Assembly (NCBI RefSeq): GCF_003231495.1
Contig: NZ_PQWO01000003.1
Location: 30,001-62,000 of the forward strand
Direction: 5' to 3'
Origin: Acaryochloris thomasi RCC1774
Lineage (GTDB): Bacteria > Cyanobacteriota > Cyanobacteriia > Thermosynechococcales > Thermosynechococcaceae
Length of the DNA: 32,000 bases
This document shows, piece by piece, positions 15,801 to 23,809 of the stretch. The number at the start of each line of letters is the position of its first letter. Positions within the stretch are counted from its first letter, which is position 1. The notes under the pieces were generated by a model that was given only the letters and a program-made list of their open reading frames with translations, did no database searches and was not told where the DNA came from. The position numbers were made by a program, and so were the translations under genes.

Positions 15801-15846
15801 CAAAGGTAGTGGATGACGAGTTTTGTTGAGTATTGAGAGCGTTCAA
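9859..15846 (-). CDS. Giant multidomain signalling protein: Ser/Thr kinase, P-loop NTPase (AAA_16/STAND-like), helical/TPR-like region, GAF, GGDEF, EAL.
   Basis: Kinase motifs: VVIKKL Lys, HKDLKPHN (HKD at 15412-15420), DFS, SPEQ. Walker A is GFSGIGKT (14794-14817) and Walker B is LVLFLDDLQWAD. A GAF-like segment is present (ADAGALLLPE...GIFYLEN). GGDEF is intact (RLGGDEFA, 10957-10971). EAL is intact (FEALLRW, EAL at 10549-10557; EVTES; DDFGTGYSSL; KIDRAFV; EGIETE; QGYFFSKP). The start is TTG at 15846, or GTG at 15801. The first in-frame ATG lies after the kinase Lys. Confidence 0.95.
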   Translation of the reverse strand: MNALNTQQNSSSTTFVLKGYRILETLYDGSRTLVFRGQRQLDQTPVVIKKLKKVYPSGAELVQFRNQYAITRPLSLPGIVQFYGLEPCDNGFALVMEDFGGLSLKQYVQDLETCPILPLTQFLDIALSITQSLEGLHAQRIIHKDLKPHNILIHPETLEVKLTDFSMASVLPRETQEIQNLGVLEGTLAYISPEQTGRMNRGIDYRTDFYSLGVTFFELLTGQLPFEAEQPIEWIHRHIAQSVPAVLERNADVPPMLSAIVAKLMAKNPEDRYQSALGLKQDLQRCVDQVAMGARVMFPLGQGDLCDRFVIPERLYGRDHEVRMLLDAFERVAHGGQELVLISGFSGIGKTAVISEVHKPIVRCQGYFVKGKFDQFQRSVPFSAFVDALRDLMGQILTLSPDAVQRWRTDILDVLGQDAQVIIDVIPELEQILGAQPPVSELSGTAAQNRFNRLFQHFVQIFATEEHPLVLFLDDLQWADLASLNLIQVLMSTEHQGHLLLMGAYRDNEVSPAHPLLATLRMLEQVGVRSQVVTLTPLMLYDLNQLVADTLKCPGDVARPLTQLIFQKTQGNPFFSTQFLKMLHKEGLVAYSQAARSWQCDLTQVRALALTDDVVTFVAQQIQKLPEMTRGTLQLAACIGGQFDLATLATVCEQSQAETAAALWPALQEGLILPQRETYKFYQPEQGANDLRAETEFLSEQEAPHYRFLHDRVQQAAYTLIPRLQRASTHLSIGRLLLAYRDREGTDEALFAIANQLNQGHTLIIETYEQLQLAQLNLAAGRKAKHSTAHTAALDYFQAGINLLPDRGWQQQYQLTLALYTEAVETAYLCGRYDDMDTFAEQVLSHAVTHLDTLKVQESRILSRAAQSQLVEAIEIALDYLAQLDVHFPEPLDAAAVQQGLQETAMLLANQSREELLDLPPMKDPVQFAKMLILARIWPISYLAGSPLVPLIVFRLVALTLRHGNSSLSAFGYVTYGVILCGLTGEIEAGYRFGQLSQDLLARYPNQELQPKILALLNLFIRHFRDPLRDTLVPMHQAHQLSLEAGDVEYAAYTIHHYVENAFFAGQELSQLEPEIRASSETVGYLQQRTILCYCDMLWQMVLHLTEPTEEPWVLVGAVYSEQVMQPQHLAANDVLALFYLNFKKLLLAYLFEQQDEALRSVIAAEPSVGCVTGMPDVPIFHFYSALVRLAVYPQASEADQTDLLAQVDASQTQLQHWANSAPQNHQHRLELICAERHRVLGAPMAAMEGYDVAIATAVEHGYLQDVALANELAARFYLAWGKEKIGKTYLIDAYYAYAHWGAAAKVEDLEKRYRPLLASILEQTHERSHSTETITALSIGTLTTSSTSTSSLIDLSTLIKASQTVSKEMHLDHLLSTLMQIVIENSGADAGALLLPEQHEQWILAVRCRDGKLLNHRPRPISGADVPETVIRHVERTLEPLILDNVTALTSFTLDPYIAEHCPPSVLSLPIQTQGKLVGIFYLENNLAAHAFRGDRLEMLKLLCAQAAISLKNASLYQASQDYAKQLEQSQADLLEVHEQLLHDAFHDLLTGLKNRACLMERLSENLLLSQQVPDYQYAILFLDLDQFKVVNDSLGHIVGDQLLQRVAERLQACLPHPDSIMRLGGDEFAVLIEDASAKEIIGLADRILRQFIQPFQLHQYEVFTGTSIGIARSTGSHYQSPEDMLRDADTALYRAKAEGRGCYAMFDPIMQSSATERLQLENELRHAIDVASWLGESPSPVDFQLNYQPIIALQTGQLLGFEALLRWHHPQRGWISPVKFIPIAEETGLIGLLGWWVLETACRQIQQWQHQFPQAASLVMNVNLSALQLQQPDFTEQLLKLLTEYHIDPATLKLEVTESCLLSATSSPSAQLFELRDQGVRLCIDDFGTGYSSLSRLHEFPIDTLKIDRAFVNRIEGQAADGVAVVQTILALAHSLDMNVVAEGIETEAQLEKLRTLGCESGQGYFFSKPVDSEAATAVIKAAFSERISEQYL
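12080..12087. repeat. HIP1 octamer palindrome GCGATCGC
   Basis: Exact match read in the sequence. Confidence 0.95.
13586..13593. repeat. HIP1 octamer palindrome GCGATCGC
   Basis: Exact match read in the sequence. Confidence 0.95.
14923..14930. repeat. HIP1 octamer palindrome GCGATCGC
   Basis: Exact match read in the sequence. Confidence 0.95.
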
Positions 15847-16195
15847 GCGATCCCCTTGCTCTGCTACGCAGCAATGACTTCTATGAGCAGTACCCGGCTG
15901 AGTTAGGTCAGCCCGTCCTTAGCGTAGATGGACATCAGCATGGCTGAAGTCCCAATCAATACGTGTACCGCTATGAGCTAGGGTTCCCCGTCCCCTTTTG
16001 CTTATGACATCAGGATGGAGAGCTAGAGAGCATAGACAGATTTTTTACGCTTCTTCTGCGGCAAAAACGTCCCTCGCAGAAATTGAGGATAACGAGGAAA
16101 TCTTGATCCTTGGGTTTGGAAGTACAGAAGCCAGCAGCCAAAACAGCTCAAGGGCTTGGGATGGCTCGCATTATTCAATCTTTGATGTATCTCAG

Positions 16196-17083
16196 CTAGG
16201 TGCAAGCGATGGGCTCAACACCTGCTCGATCGAGAATTTGGGGAATCAGCTCTTCTCGCTTGACCGCCATCATATGAACACCCTGGCAGATCTGGCGGGC
16301 CTGCTGGACCTGTTCAGATGCGATCGCAATTCCTTCCTGCAGCGGCTCTTTTGATCGCTCTAGTCGCTCAATAATCCAGTCCGGGATATTGACGCCGGGA
16401 ACACAGCGATTGATAAACCGAGCATTTTTTGCCGACTTGAGTAGAAAGATACCAGCCAACACGGGCTTGCCGTGCGGTTCAGCAATCTGAGACATAAACT
16501 TATCGAGGCGATCAAAATCAACGATTAGCTGACTCTGAAAGAACTCGGCTCCGGCCTCTACTTTGCGCTCAAACCGTTTCTGCAGCCCCGACCAGCTAGC
16601 AAGCTGCGGGTCAACTGCAGCCCCAGCAAAAATCTCAGTCGACCCATCCGGCAGCGGTTTATCGTTGGCATCTATTCCCGCATTGAGCTGGGTAATCGTC
16701 TTCAACAGACGAACGGATTCTAAATCAAAGACTGAGCGAGCTTTGGGATAATCTCCAGCTTTGACCGGATCACCCGTGAGCGCCAGAATATTGCGAATGC
16801 CTAAGGCGTGGGCACCCATGAGATCGGCCTGGAGGGCAATGCGGTTGCGATCGCGACAGGCCATCTGACAGATTGGCTCTAGACCATGCTGACGTAGAAT
16901 CACAGCCGAAGCCAGCGAACTCATGCGCAACACCGCCCGGCTACCATCGGTAATATTGATCCCGTGGACCCATCCCTTAAGCGTTAGGGCCTGCTGCACC
17001 ATGTGGTCAACCTGACCACCCTTGGGCGGCGTGACTTCTGCGGTCACTAAGAACTCGCCTGCCTTAATTGCAGATTTCAACAA
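16196..17083 (-). CDS. metF: 5,10-methylenetetrahydrofolate reductase
   Basis: Full-length MetF-like sequence is present (FLVTAEVTPPKG, INITDG, ALTGDP, FAGAAVDP, AGAEFFQSQLIVD, HMMAV). TTG at 17083 is the first possible start after an in-frame stop at 17093-17095. Confidence 0.88.
   Translation of the reverse strand: MLKSAIKAGEFLVTAEVTPPKGGQVDHMVQQALTLKGWVHGINITDGSRAVLRMSSLASAVILRQHGLEPICQMACRDRNRIALQADLMGAHALGIRNILALTGDPVKAGDYPKARSVFDLESVRLLKTITQLNAGIDANDKPLPDGSTEIFAGAAVDPQLASWSGLQKRFERKVEAGAEFFQSQLIVDFDRLDKFMSQIAEPHGKPVLAGIFLLKSAKNARFINRCVPGVNIPDWIIERLERSKEPLQEGIAIASEQVQQARQICQGVHMMAVKREELIPQILDRAGVEPIACT
16320..16327. repeat. HIP1 octamer palindrome GCGATCGC
   Basis: Exact match read in the sequence. 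Confidence 0.95.
16847..16854. repeat. HIP1 octamer palindrome GCGATCGC
   Basis: Exact match read in the sequence. Confidence 0.95.
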
Positions 17084-17183
17084 TGCTTTTACTCATTTCT
17101 TCTGTCCTGGTATCATGCCGCCATCTTCAGCTGGCGTCAACCAGAGCAGAAAGGCAGAGATAGACTTAGAATAGCTGATTCAT

Positions 17184-17699
17184 TTAGGGGGTTGCCTGGG
17201 CCTCTAGGTCTTTGACCGCCACCGAGTCTCCCACCTGAAGCCCCAACTCGTTAGCACGACCTGCGCGCAGCTCAATCACCTGATCAACGGGTACCTGGGG
17301 ACCATACACTGGGCAGGGCCGATTTGTGCAGGGTGGTGCGCTGTTTTGAATCCCCACAACCTGACCCTGATGCAGAAACACCATATCAAGGGGCACCGGG
17401 ACATTTTTCATCCAGAAGCCCACCTTTCTCGCTGACGGAAAGGGAAACAGCATTCCTCGATTATCAGGCAGTGGTTCACGATGCATGAGTCCGGTGGCCT
17501 GCTGTTGTCCGGTACGAGCCACCTCCAGTTCAATCATCTGGTCAGCCATCACGGCCTGGGCGGTAATGGGAAGAAACTGTCCTGCCGACTCTGCAGGAAC
17601 ATCAGGCAGTGCATTACTCAAGGACTGACATCCCAGCAGCAGCAGCCCCGAGACGGCCACAGACACAGGCCAGAGGCGCTTAAGCTTCACGTAGAACAT
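17184..17699 (-). CDS. DUF192-family lipoprotein
   Basis: The signal peptide has a lipobox (LLLLGCQS). DUF192-like core: ELEVARTGQQQATGLMHREPLPDNRGMLFPF...FWMKNVPVPLDMVFL...VVGI. The ATG at 17699 overlaps the upstream regulator gene by 20 nt. Confidence 0.8.
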   Translation of the reverse strand: MFYVKLKRLWPVSVAVSGLLLLGCQSLSNALPDVPAESAGQFLPITAQAVMADQMIELEVARTGQQQATGLMHREPLPDNRGMLFPFPSARKVGFWMKNVPVPLDMVFLHQGQVVGIQNSAPPCTNRPCPVYGPQVPVDQVIELRAGRANELGLQVGDSVAVKDLEAQATP

Positions 17700-18378
17700 A
17701 TCCCACTCCTCGAACGGTATGAATTAGGCGTTGATCTGCGCTCGCTTCAATTTTGAGGCGCAGATATCGAATATAGACCTCAATGACGTTGGACTCCCCC
17801 ATGAAGTCATATCCCCACACCTGATCTAAAATTTGCTCCCGCGTCAGCACTTCACCGGGATGCTCCATAAATAGCTTAAGCAGTTCAAATTCTTTCATGG
17901 TCAAGTCAATCGTGCGTTGTTTGCGCATGGCGGTTCGCGTCGGTAGATGCAGCACCAAATCGATAAATCTTAGATGCTGTCCCACCTCGACATCCTGGCT
18001 TGGCTGCAGGTAAAGACGCAGGCGATCTTGCAACGCCTCACGCTGATAGGGTTGCAGCACATAGTCATCAGCACCCGCATCTAAGCAGGCGGTCCGATCT
18101 GCAACGGTTTCGGTGGGCATCAGCATCAACATCGGCACCTGCACCCCGACAGCCCGTAACTGACGACAGAGCTGAAAACCGCAGTCCTTACCCAACTCAG
18201 AATCGATCATAATGAGAGCCGGTGATAAGTCAGCCTGCATCAGAGCACCTTTGGCATCTGAGGCAGTCGCGAGCTGATATCCCAGCGCCTGCAGGTCTGC
18301 TCCCAAGGCATCAATCGGGCCGGTGGGGAGCTGCACCAACAAAACTTGGGCATCAGACAATGAATCATTCATGGGCAT
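17680..18378 (-). CDS. OmpR/PhoB-family response regulator with an atypical (probably phosphorylation-independent) receiver domain.
   Basis: The C-terminal winged-helix region is canonical (LTMKEFELLKLFMEHPGEVLTREQILDQVWGYDF...NVIEVYIRYLRLKI...IHTVRGVGYVL). The receiver keeps the acceptor Asp context (ALIMIDSEL). It has LLVQLPTG where the acidic DD/DE pair is expected, and YVLQPY where the conserved Lys (KP) is expected. I chose the start at ATG 18378 (or 18372); the track's 52-codon N-terminal extension is unlikely. Confidence 0.85.
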   Translation of the reverse strand: MPMNDSLSDAQVLLVQLPTGPIDALGADLQALGYQLATASDAKGALMQADLSPALIMIDSELGKDCGFQLCRQLRAVGVQVPMLMLMPTETVADRTACLDAGADDYVLQPYQREALQDRLRLYLQPSQDVEVGQHLRFIDLVLHLPTRTAMRKQRTIDLTMKEFELLKLFMEHPGEVLTREQILDQVWGYDFMGESNVIEVYIRYLRLKIEASADQRLIHTVRGVGYVLREA

Positions 18379-18582
18379 CAATAATAGATCACACCTGAGA
18401 ACGCGGCTCAAAGACCAGACATCGGGACGTCGAGCAGCACAGCTTTTCTTGGCTCCTGTTCTAGCATGCCCTATTGATGGCGGAACGGGGGCGTCCGCTT
18501 TCATGAAGCAAAACGGGAGGACAGAGTTCCGCACCCCTCGAACTAAATATCAGGCGATTGAAGTCGCTGCAATAGCAATAAC

Positions 18583-20478
18583 CTAGGCTTTCCGCACCCT
18601 AATTTGAACTCGGTTTTGAGCGGTACGACGAATGACGCCCCGCAGGTCACCGGTATTAAAGGTGGCGTCTACAGCCTCTCCACGACGGGCCTTTTCAAGC
18701 TGAGAAATGATAGAAGGTGTAGACTGCCCAGCCAGCATCTGATCGAGCTGCGTTTTCATTAGATCTAGGGACAGAGAGGGATCAAGCTGCACCTCAGTTT
18801 GAATAATGACGTTGGTGGTGCAGCCGTAAAGCACGTTTACTGCCATTTTATCGGAGGCAAAGGCATAGGATTCGCGCCAGGGATCGCCCCATGACTTCGG
18901 ATCAGATTTAAGATCGGCTGAGGTGGGCTGATCATCTTGGGGCCAATTTTTCGTCCAGGTCTTGATGGGAGAGGAACCCAACTGCGTTTGGATGGGCTTA
19001 GCAGCGGTTTTAGGTTCTACATCAGCACGGCGGCGAGCATCGAGGTTTGCCAGCTTCCGCTTGGCGTTGGGGACGTTGAGGGGCTTGAGGACTTGGTCCA
19101 TGCTGCTGCCCAGATCCACCGCGGACCACTGGGCAACTTTTTCCCAGGCGGGTTCGGCGTTGGCGGCATTGGCAGGAATGTCTTTGAGGAGGGTTGCGAT
19201 CGCATCTCCCTTTTTACCTTCTCCTGCCAGCTTCTCAGCAGTCTGCAAAGCTTCCCACACCTCAATCGACTGCTCAGCCTTAGCGTGCAGCTTTTGATCA
19301 TCGCTGGGCACCTGAGCCGCTGCATCAATAGCCGCCTGATACTTGCCGTTCATCGCTAAAGACCGCGCATCTTTGAGCAAAGCTGTAGACTCTTCTTTAC
19401 CCTGATCTTTACCCCTATCTTCCTGAGCCATGATCACCACGGAAGCCCCCAGCGCACTGGCGGCAAACAGCGCCACAAGACCCGCCGCAATCGCTGCAGC
19501 ATTTAACGGACGCCGGGGCCTTATAGAAGAAGTCACCGAAGAAATAGAGGCCTCACTAGGGGATCCACCAAAGGGCTGGTGAGAGGAGCCGGAGAAAGCA
19601 TCAAACACCGTCACAGCAGCCTGCGGCGCAGCAGGAGAAATTAAGGTGGGCGACACTGGCGTTAGACCTTGCAAAGCCTGCAGCATTTCATGGGCGGTGC
19701 TGTAGCGATCTCGGGGATCAAGCTGAGTCACCCGCGTGAGCACAGCAGCCATCGCCGGACTGACCTGAGGCGCATACTGCTGCCAGAGCAGTTCACTCGT
19801 CCGGGAATCTTTTTCAAGATCACCCAACAGCCTACCGGTAAGAGCGAAGATAGCCGTAACCCCAAGACTGTAGAGATCGCTGGAGTAAACCACCCGTTGA
19901 GCTGCCTGTTCAGGCGGCATAAACCCACCAGAACCAATGACCACCGAGCAAGTTACATTTCCAGAGGAACTCACTACCGTTTTTAGAAGCTGCTTCACCG
20001 CACCAAAATCAATCAGCACTGGCTTCTGGTCTGACTGTCGCAGAATAATATTCTCGGGCTTCACATCTCGATGAATCACTTCACGGGGTGCGTGATGATG
20101 CAGATAGTCCAGAACCGGCAGCAGCTGCGTCATCATCTGCAGAACATCAGCCTCCGGCAAAGGACCCGCTTGTCGCACCCTTACCCCCAAGGTTTGCCCC
20201 TGGATCCACTCCTGAACCAGATAGAACAGCCCATCTTGCTCAAAGTAAGCATAAAGCTTCGGAATTTGGTCGTGATTGAGCTGCTCCAGCGTAGCCGCTT
20301 CTTCTTGAAACTTCTGCAGCGCCATCTGATAGGACTGCTGATTGGGCGTCTCCGGCCGGAGCTGCTTGACCACACAGCGACGCTGGGACGGCATATGGGT
20401 ATCTGCAGCCAGAAACGTAGTGCCAAACCCACCTTGTCCGAGCTGCTCTAGTATCTCAAAGCGGTTGTTCAAAAGCAT
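18583..20478 (-). CDS. Hanks-type Ser/Thr protein kinase with one TM helix and a roughly 260-aa extracytoplasmic C-terminal region.
   Basis: The ATG at 20478 gives MLLNNRFEILEQLGQGGFGTTFLA (G-loop). Other motifs are VVKQL Lys, HRDVKPENIIL, DFGAVK and PPEQ. The TM helix is AAAIAAGLVALFAASALGASVVIMA. I do not recognise the C-terminal part. The track's 44-codon N-terminal extension is unlikely. Confidence 0.9.
   Translation of the reverse strand: MLLNNRFEILEQLGQGGFGTTFLAADTHMPSQRRCVVKQLRPETPNQQSYQMALQKFQEEAATLEQLNHDQIPKLYAYFEQDGLFYLVQEWIQGQTLGVRVRQAGPLPEADVLQMMTQLLPVLDYLHHHAPREVIHRDVKPENIILRQSDQKPVLIDFGAVKQLLKTVVSSSGNVTCSVVIGSGGFMPPEQAAQRVVYSSDLYSLGVTAIFALTGRLLGDLEKDSRTSELLWQQYAPQVSPAMAAVLTRVTQLDPRDRYSTAHEMLQALQGLTPVSPTLISPAAPQAAVTVFDAFSGSSHQPFGGSPSEASISSVTSSIRPRRPLNAAAIAAGLVALFAASALGASVVIMAQEDRGKDQGKEESTALLKDARSLAMNGKYQAAIDAAAQVPSDDQKLHAKAEQSIEVWEALQTAEKLAGEGKKGDAIATLLKDIPANAANAEPAWEKVAQWSAVDLGSSMDQVLKPLNVPNAKRKLANLDARRRADVEPKTAAKPIQTQLGSSPIKTWTKNWPQDDQPTSADLKSDPKSWGDPWRESYAFASDKMAVNVLYGCTTNVIIQTEVQLDPSLSLDLMKTQLDQMLAGQSTPSIISQLEKARRGEAVDATFNTGDLRGVIRRTAQNRVQIRVRKA
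19196..19203. repeat. HIP1 octamer palindrome GCGATCGC
   Basis: Exact match read in the sequence. Confidence 0.95.
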
Positions 20479-20716
20479 CGCTACAAATTCTCCTCGGTGG
20501 TTCAACGACGGCCAAAGGCAAAGAAACGAACAAAGGCCGGAGGTATTGAAACTGTATACCTTCAGGATAGTTGCCACCCCTCTGTCTGTCAGTCCTGCAG
20601 CAGCAAACAACTAAGGGAAAATTAAGCTAAATGACTCAGCCACAAAGGGAAATAAAGAGAAATAGACGCCTTACAAGCACGAGCGCGACTCGCCAGCCCA
20701 GTGAATCTGATTTCGC

Positions 20717-21295
20717 TCAGTCCTCTGCAGGCAACTCCCGTCGGGGCGGAAACTGACCGCGCTCCTTGCGAGCCGCCATCGCTCTTTCCAGCAGCGCCAG
20801 CAACCCCGGCGCTTCTTCTTCCATCGTCAGCAGCAACCGCTCACCCAAAGCCATATCGCCGGGATCGGTCCCAGTCGCCAAAACTTCCTGGAGCCGAGGG
20901 ATAGCCCAGACATCCACCATCTCAACAAGACCATTAAAGCACCGGTCGAACTGACGCTCCGTCAAAGTCGCATCTTCCAAAGGGAACTCAATGATTGCTC
21001 GAATCTCGCCATACATTGGGTCATATTCCCACTGCAGCATCTTGGTTTCCCAAGAGATCACCAGCATCGTCTGTAGAATTTGGGCCTTATGCGGATGATC
21101 CTGCACCCCCGTGATCACCTCTGGCATAAACAGCTTGAAGAACCCTCCTTCTTCATCTAACTGCACCACAGTCAGTAAGTTATCCTTGTTCTCACCCGCA
21201 ATGTAGGTCAGAATACGGAATTTATCCGACTGGACTTGGTAGTCTAAGCCTCGGCTTTCTAAATAACCTGCAATTTGCTGTAGCGTTGCACCCAT
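20717..21295 (-). CDS. Conserved hypothetical protein, possibly YbjN-family (putative sensory-transduction regulator / chaperone-like fold).
   Basis: ATG start, 192 aa, soluble and acidic. The N-terminal pattern (IAGYLESRGLDYQV..DKFRIL...LDEEGGFFKLF) resembles YbjN-domain proteins from memory. This is not verified. Confidence 0.5.
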   Translation of the reverse strand: MGATLQQIAGYLESRGLDYQVQSDKFRILTYIAGENKDNLLTVVQLDEEGGFFKLFMPEVITGVQDHPHKAQILQTMLVISWETKMLQWEYDPMYGEIRAIIEFPLEDATLTERQFDRCFNGLVEMVDVWAIPRLQEVLATGTDPGDMALGERLLLTMEEEAPGLLALLERAMAARKERGQFPPRRELPAED

Positions 21296-21369
21296 TTAGG
21301 GATCCTCACCTGACGCCCAAGTTCATGGAACCAGTGTGACAGATTTCTGGCATTTGAAAAAGCCTAAAC

Positions 21370-23676
21370 TCAATCAGAGCTAGAGGATCCGTCCAGAGCA
21401 GCAGCCGTTTTCTTGCGGTCGAGCTTAAACACGAGACAAGCCAACGGAGGCAAACACAGGTCAAGGGAATAGGGCCGGTTATGCAAGGACCACTCTTCAG
21501 CCCACTTACCGCCTAAATTCCCCATATTGCTGCCGCCATACTCGCGGGCATCGCTATTGAGTAGTTCTGTATAGAACCCAGCCTCAGGAACCCCAACGCG
21601 ATAATGGCTGTGGGGCTGAGGTGTGAAGTTACAGATAGTCAAAATACATTCATCAGAGTCCTTCGCCTTTCTCAAGAACGAAATGACGCTGTGGCGATTG
21701 TCATTACAGTCAACCCACTCAAACCCATCATAGGAAAAGTCTTGGGTATACAGTGCCGGCTCAGATTTATAGAGCCGATTCAGCACCGAAAGGAACTGCT
21801 TAAGCTGCTGATGCGAGTCATATTCAAGCAAATCCCAATCCAGATCTCCCCACGCATTCCACTCGCTCCACTGCCCAAACTCCATACTCATAAACAGCGT
21901 TTTTTTGCCTGGATGGGTAAACATATAGGAATAGAGACAGCGGATATTTGCAAACTTTTGCCATTCATCCCCCGGCATCTTACCGAGCATGTTGCTCTTC
22001 CCGTGCACCACTTCATCATGGGACAGCGCCAACATAAAGTTCTCGCTGAAGGCATACATGATGCTGAAGGTTAGATTGTTTTGATGAAACTGGCGAAACC
22101 ACGGATCCATGTTGAAATAGTCCAGCATGTCGTGCATCCAGCCCATATTCCACTTGAGATTGAATCCCAGGCCCCCGACGTAAGTAGGCCAAGAGACCAT
22201 CGGCCAGGACGTGGATTCTTCAGCAACAGAAAGAACGCCAGGGAAATAGCTGAAAATCACGTGATTAAGCTGACGCAGAAACTCCGCCGCCTCAATATTT
22301 TCCCGACCGCCATACTCATTCGTCACCCATTCCCCCGGCTCTCTGCAGTAGTCGAGGTAGAGCATTGAGGCCACCGCGTCTACGCGAATGCCGTCAATAT
22401 GGTACTTGTCGAACCAAAATAGCGCGTTCGCCATCAAGAAGTTACAGACTTCATTACGGCTGTAGTTAAAAACGAGAGTCCCCCACTCCTTATGCTCACC
22501 TTTGCGGGGATCGGCATGCTCATAGAGATGTGTCCCATCGAAAAATGCCAATCCGTGACCATCTTTGGGGAAGTGGCCTGGCACCCAATCCACCAAAACA
22601 CCAATATCGTTCTGGTGACACTGGTCAATGAAGTACATCAAGTCTTGGGGCGTACCAAAGCGAGAGGTACTGGCGTAGTAGCCTGTCACCTGATAGCCCC
22701 AAGAACCATCGAAAGGATGTTCAGCCACGGGCAGCAGCTCAACATGCGTAAAACCCAGTTCCTTAACGTAGGGAATCAGCTTATCGGCAAGCTCTCGATA
22801 GGTCAGAAAGCGCGCACCTGGCTTCAGATCTGAAACCAGGATAGGAGGAAGGGGCTTCCCATCTGCGCTCAGAGCCGGTTCATCCGAAGCACCATGCATC
22901 CATGACCCCAGATGAACCTCGTAGACAGAAACTGGCTGATCCAAAGGCTCAGTTTGCCGACGACTTTCTAACCAGTCTTGGTCGCTCCAGGTGTAGCTAT
23001 CGAGATCCGTGACGATGGAAGCCGTCTTAGGTCTAACCTCTTGCTGGAAACCGTAGGGATCTGACTTCTCGTAAATATGTCCATCGTTATTTTTAACTTC
23101 GTACTTGTACGCAGTATCGACCATCAGCTCTGGAATAAACAGTTCCCAAATGCCTGTATCTCCCTTACGCATTTGATGCTTGCGGCCATCCCAGACATTA
23201 AAATCACCCAGAACAGAAACGTTGCGAGCATTAGGTGCCCAGAGCGCAAAATAAACGCCGCTGATGCCGTCCAGAGCCGTTAAGTGAGCCCCTAGCTTTT
23301 CATAGATACGATGATGGTTGCCTTCAGCAAAGAGGTGTCGGTCATACTCAGTGATGCGGGGTGATTTAAAAGCATAGGGATCATAAATAACCCGCTCATG
23401 CACCCCTTCTTTAATCCGTAGCTGATAGTTCAAAGGCTCAGAGCTAGGAATCTCGCACTCGAAGAAATGGGGGTCATGCTGAGAAGCCATTGGATAGTCT
23501 GGCTGATCACCTGGGCACACAACAGTGACCGCATCTGCATTCGGCAGATATGTTCGAATCACCCATCCAGGCTTGCCGTCTAAATCAACTGCGTGAGGCC
23601 CCAAAATCTCAAAGGGATCGTGGTATTGATTGTTGGCTATCTTGCTGACGTGATCGGCGGTGATGGAGATGGACAT
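21370..23676 (-). CDS. glgB: 1,4-alpha-glucan (glycogen) branching enzyme
   Basis: 768 aa, full-length GH13 branching enzyme. Motifs: [62 protein letters not shown]. Confidence 0.97.
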   Translation of the reverse strand: MSISITADHVSKIANNQYHDPFEILGPHAVDLDGKPGWVIRTYLPNADAVTVVCPGDQPDYPMASQHDPHFFECEIPSSEPLNYQLRIKEGVHERVIYDPYAFKSPRITEYDRHLFAEGNHHRIYEKLGAHLTALDGISGVYFALWAPNARNVSVLGDFNVWDGRKHQMRKGDTGIWELFIPELMVDTAYKYEVKNNDGHIYEKSDPYGFQQEVRPKTASIVTDLDSYTWSDQDWLESRRQTEPLDQPVSVYEVHLGSWMHGASDEPALSADGKPLPPILVSDLKPGARFLTYRELADKLIPYVKELGFTHVELLPVAEHPFDGSWGYQVTGYYASTSRFGTPQDLMYFIDQCHQNDIGVLVDWVPGHFPKDGHGLAFFDGTHLYEHADPRKGEHKEWGTLVFNYSRNEVCNFLMANALFWFDKYHIDGIRVDAVASMLYLDYCREPGEWVTNEYGGRENIEAAEFLRQLNHVIFSYFPGVLSVAEESTSWPMVSWPTYVGGLGFNLKWNMGWMHDMLDYFNMDPWFRQFHQNNLTFSIMYAFSENFMLALSHDEVVHGKSNMLGKMPGDEWQKFANIRCLYSYMFTHPGKKTLFMSMEFGQWSEWNAWGDLDWDLLEYDSHQQLKQFLSVLNRLYKSEPALYTQDFSYDGFEWVDCNDNRHSVISFLRKAKDSDECILTICNFTPQPHSHYRVGVPEAGFYTELLNSDAREYGGSNMGNLGGKWAEEWSLHNRPYSLDLCLPPLACLVFKLDRKKTAAALDGSSSSD

Positions 23677-23809
23677 GAAGCTACCTATGGAGTGTGCGAT
23701 GGCCTGTGATCAGCCGGTCTCTCAAAAAGGAGCTGTGCTAACGGCTATCACAGAATCTTCAAAGCGGGTAAAAGTGGCAGTAACAAGCTTAAACGCCAGT
23801 GTTAATACC

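Noticed and set aside
15847-16354. Possible gene or ncRNA in the 349-nt spacer upstream of the giant gene (ORFs 15998..16354 + and 16023..16205 -; small hairpin TCTGCG...CGCAGA about 16058-16083)
   Set aside because: The + ORF runs antisense into metF and has no motifs. The hairpin is only 6 bp with a 14-nt loop and no U-tract. I recognise no known ncRNA and cannot test covariance.
17680-20610. N-terminal extensions given by the ORF track for the regulator (to 18534) and the kinase (to 20610)
   Set aside because: The extensions have no homology-like features. Internal ATGs at 18378 and 20478 give canonical domain starts (receiver strand 1; kinase G-loop about 15 residues in).
18000-20614. 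ORFs overlapping the response-regulator and Ser/Thr-kinase genes (18000..18212, 18323..18586, 18937..19359, 18962..19297, 19017..19328, 19669..19986, 19728..19937, 20071..20451, 20088..20279, 20181..20432, 20342..20614)
   Set aside because: They are off-frame or antisense to genes with clear kinase and winged-helix motifs, and their content is low-complexity.
21604-23283. Plus- and minus-strand ORFs inside glgB (21604..22074, 22081..22368, 22434..22628, 22492..22833, 23077..23283)
   Set aside because: They are shadows of a full-length, motif-complete branching-enzyme gene.
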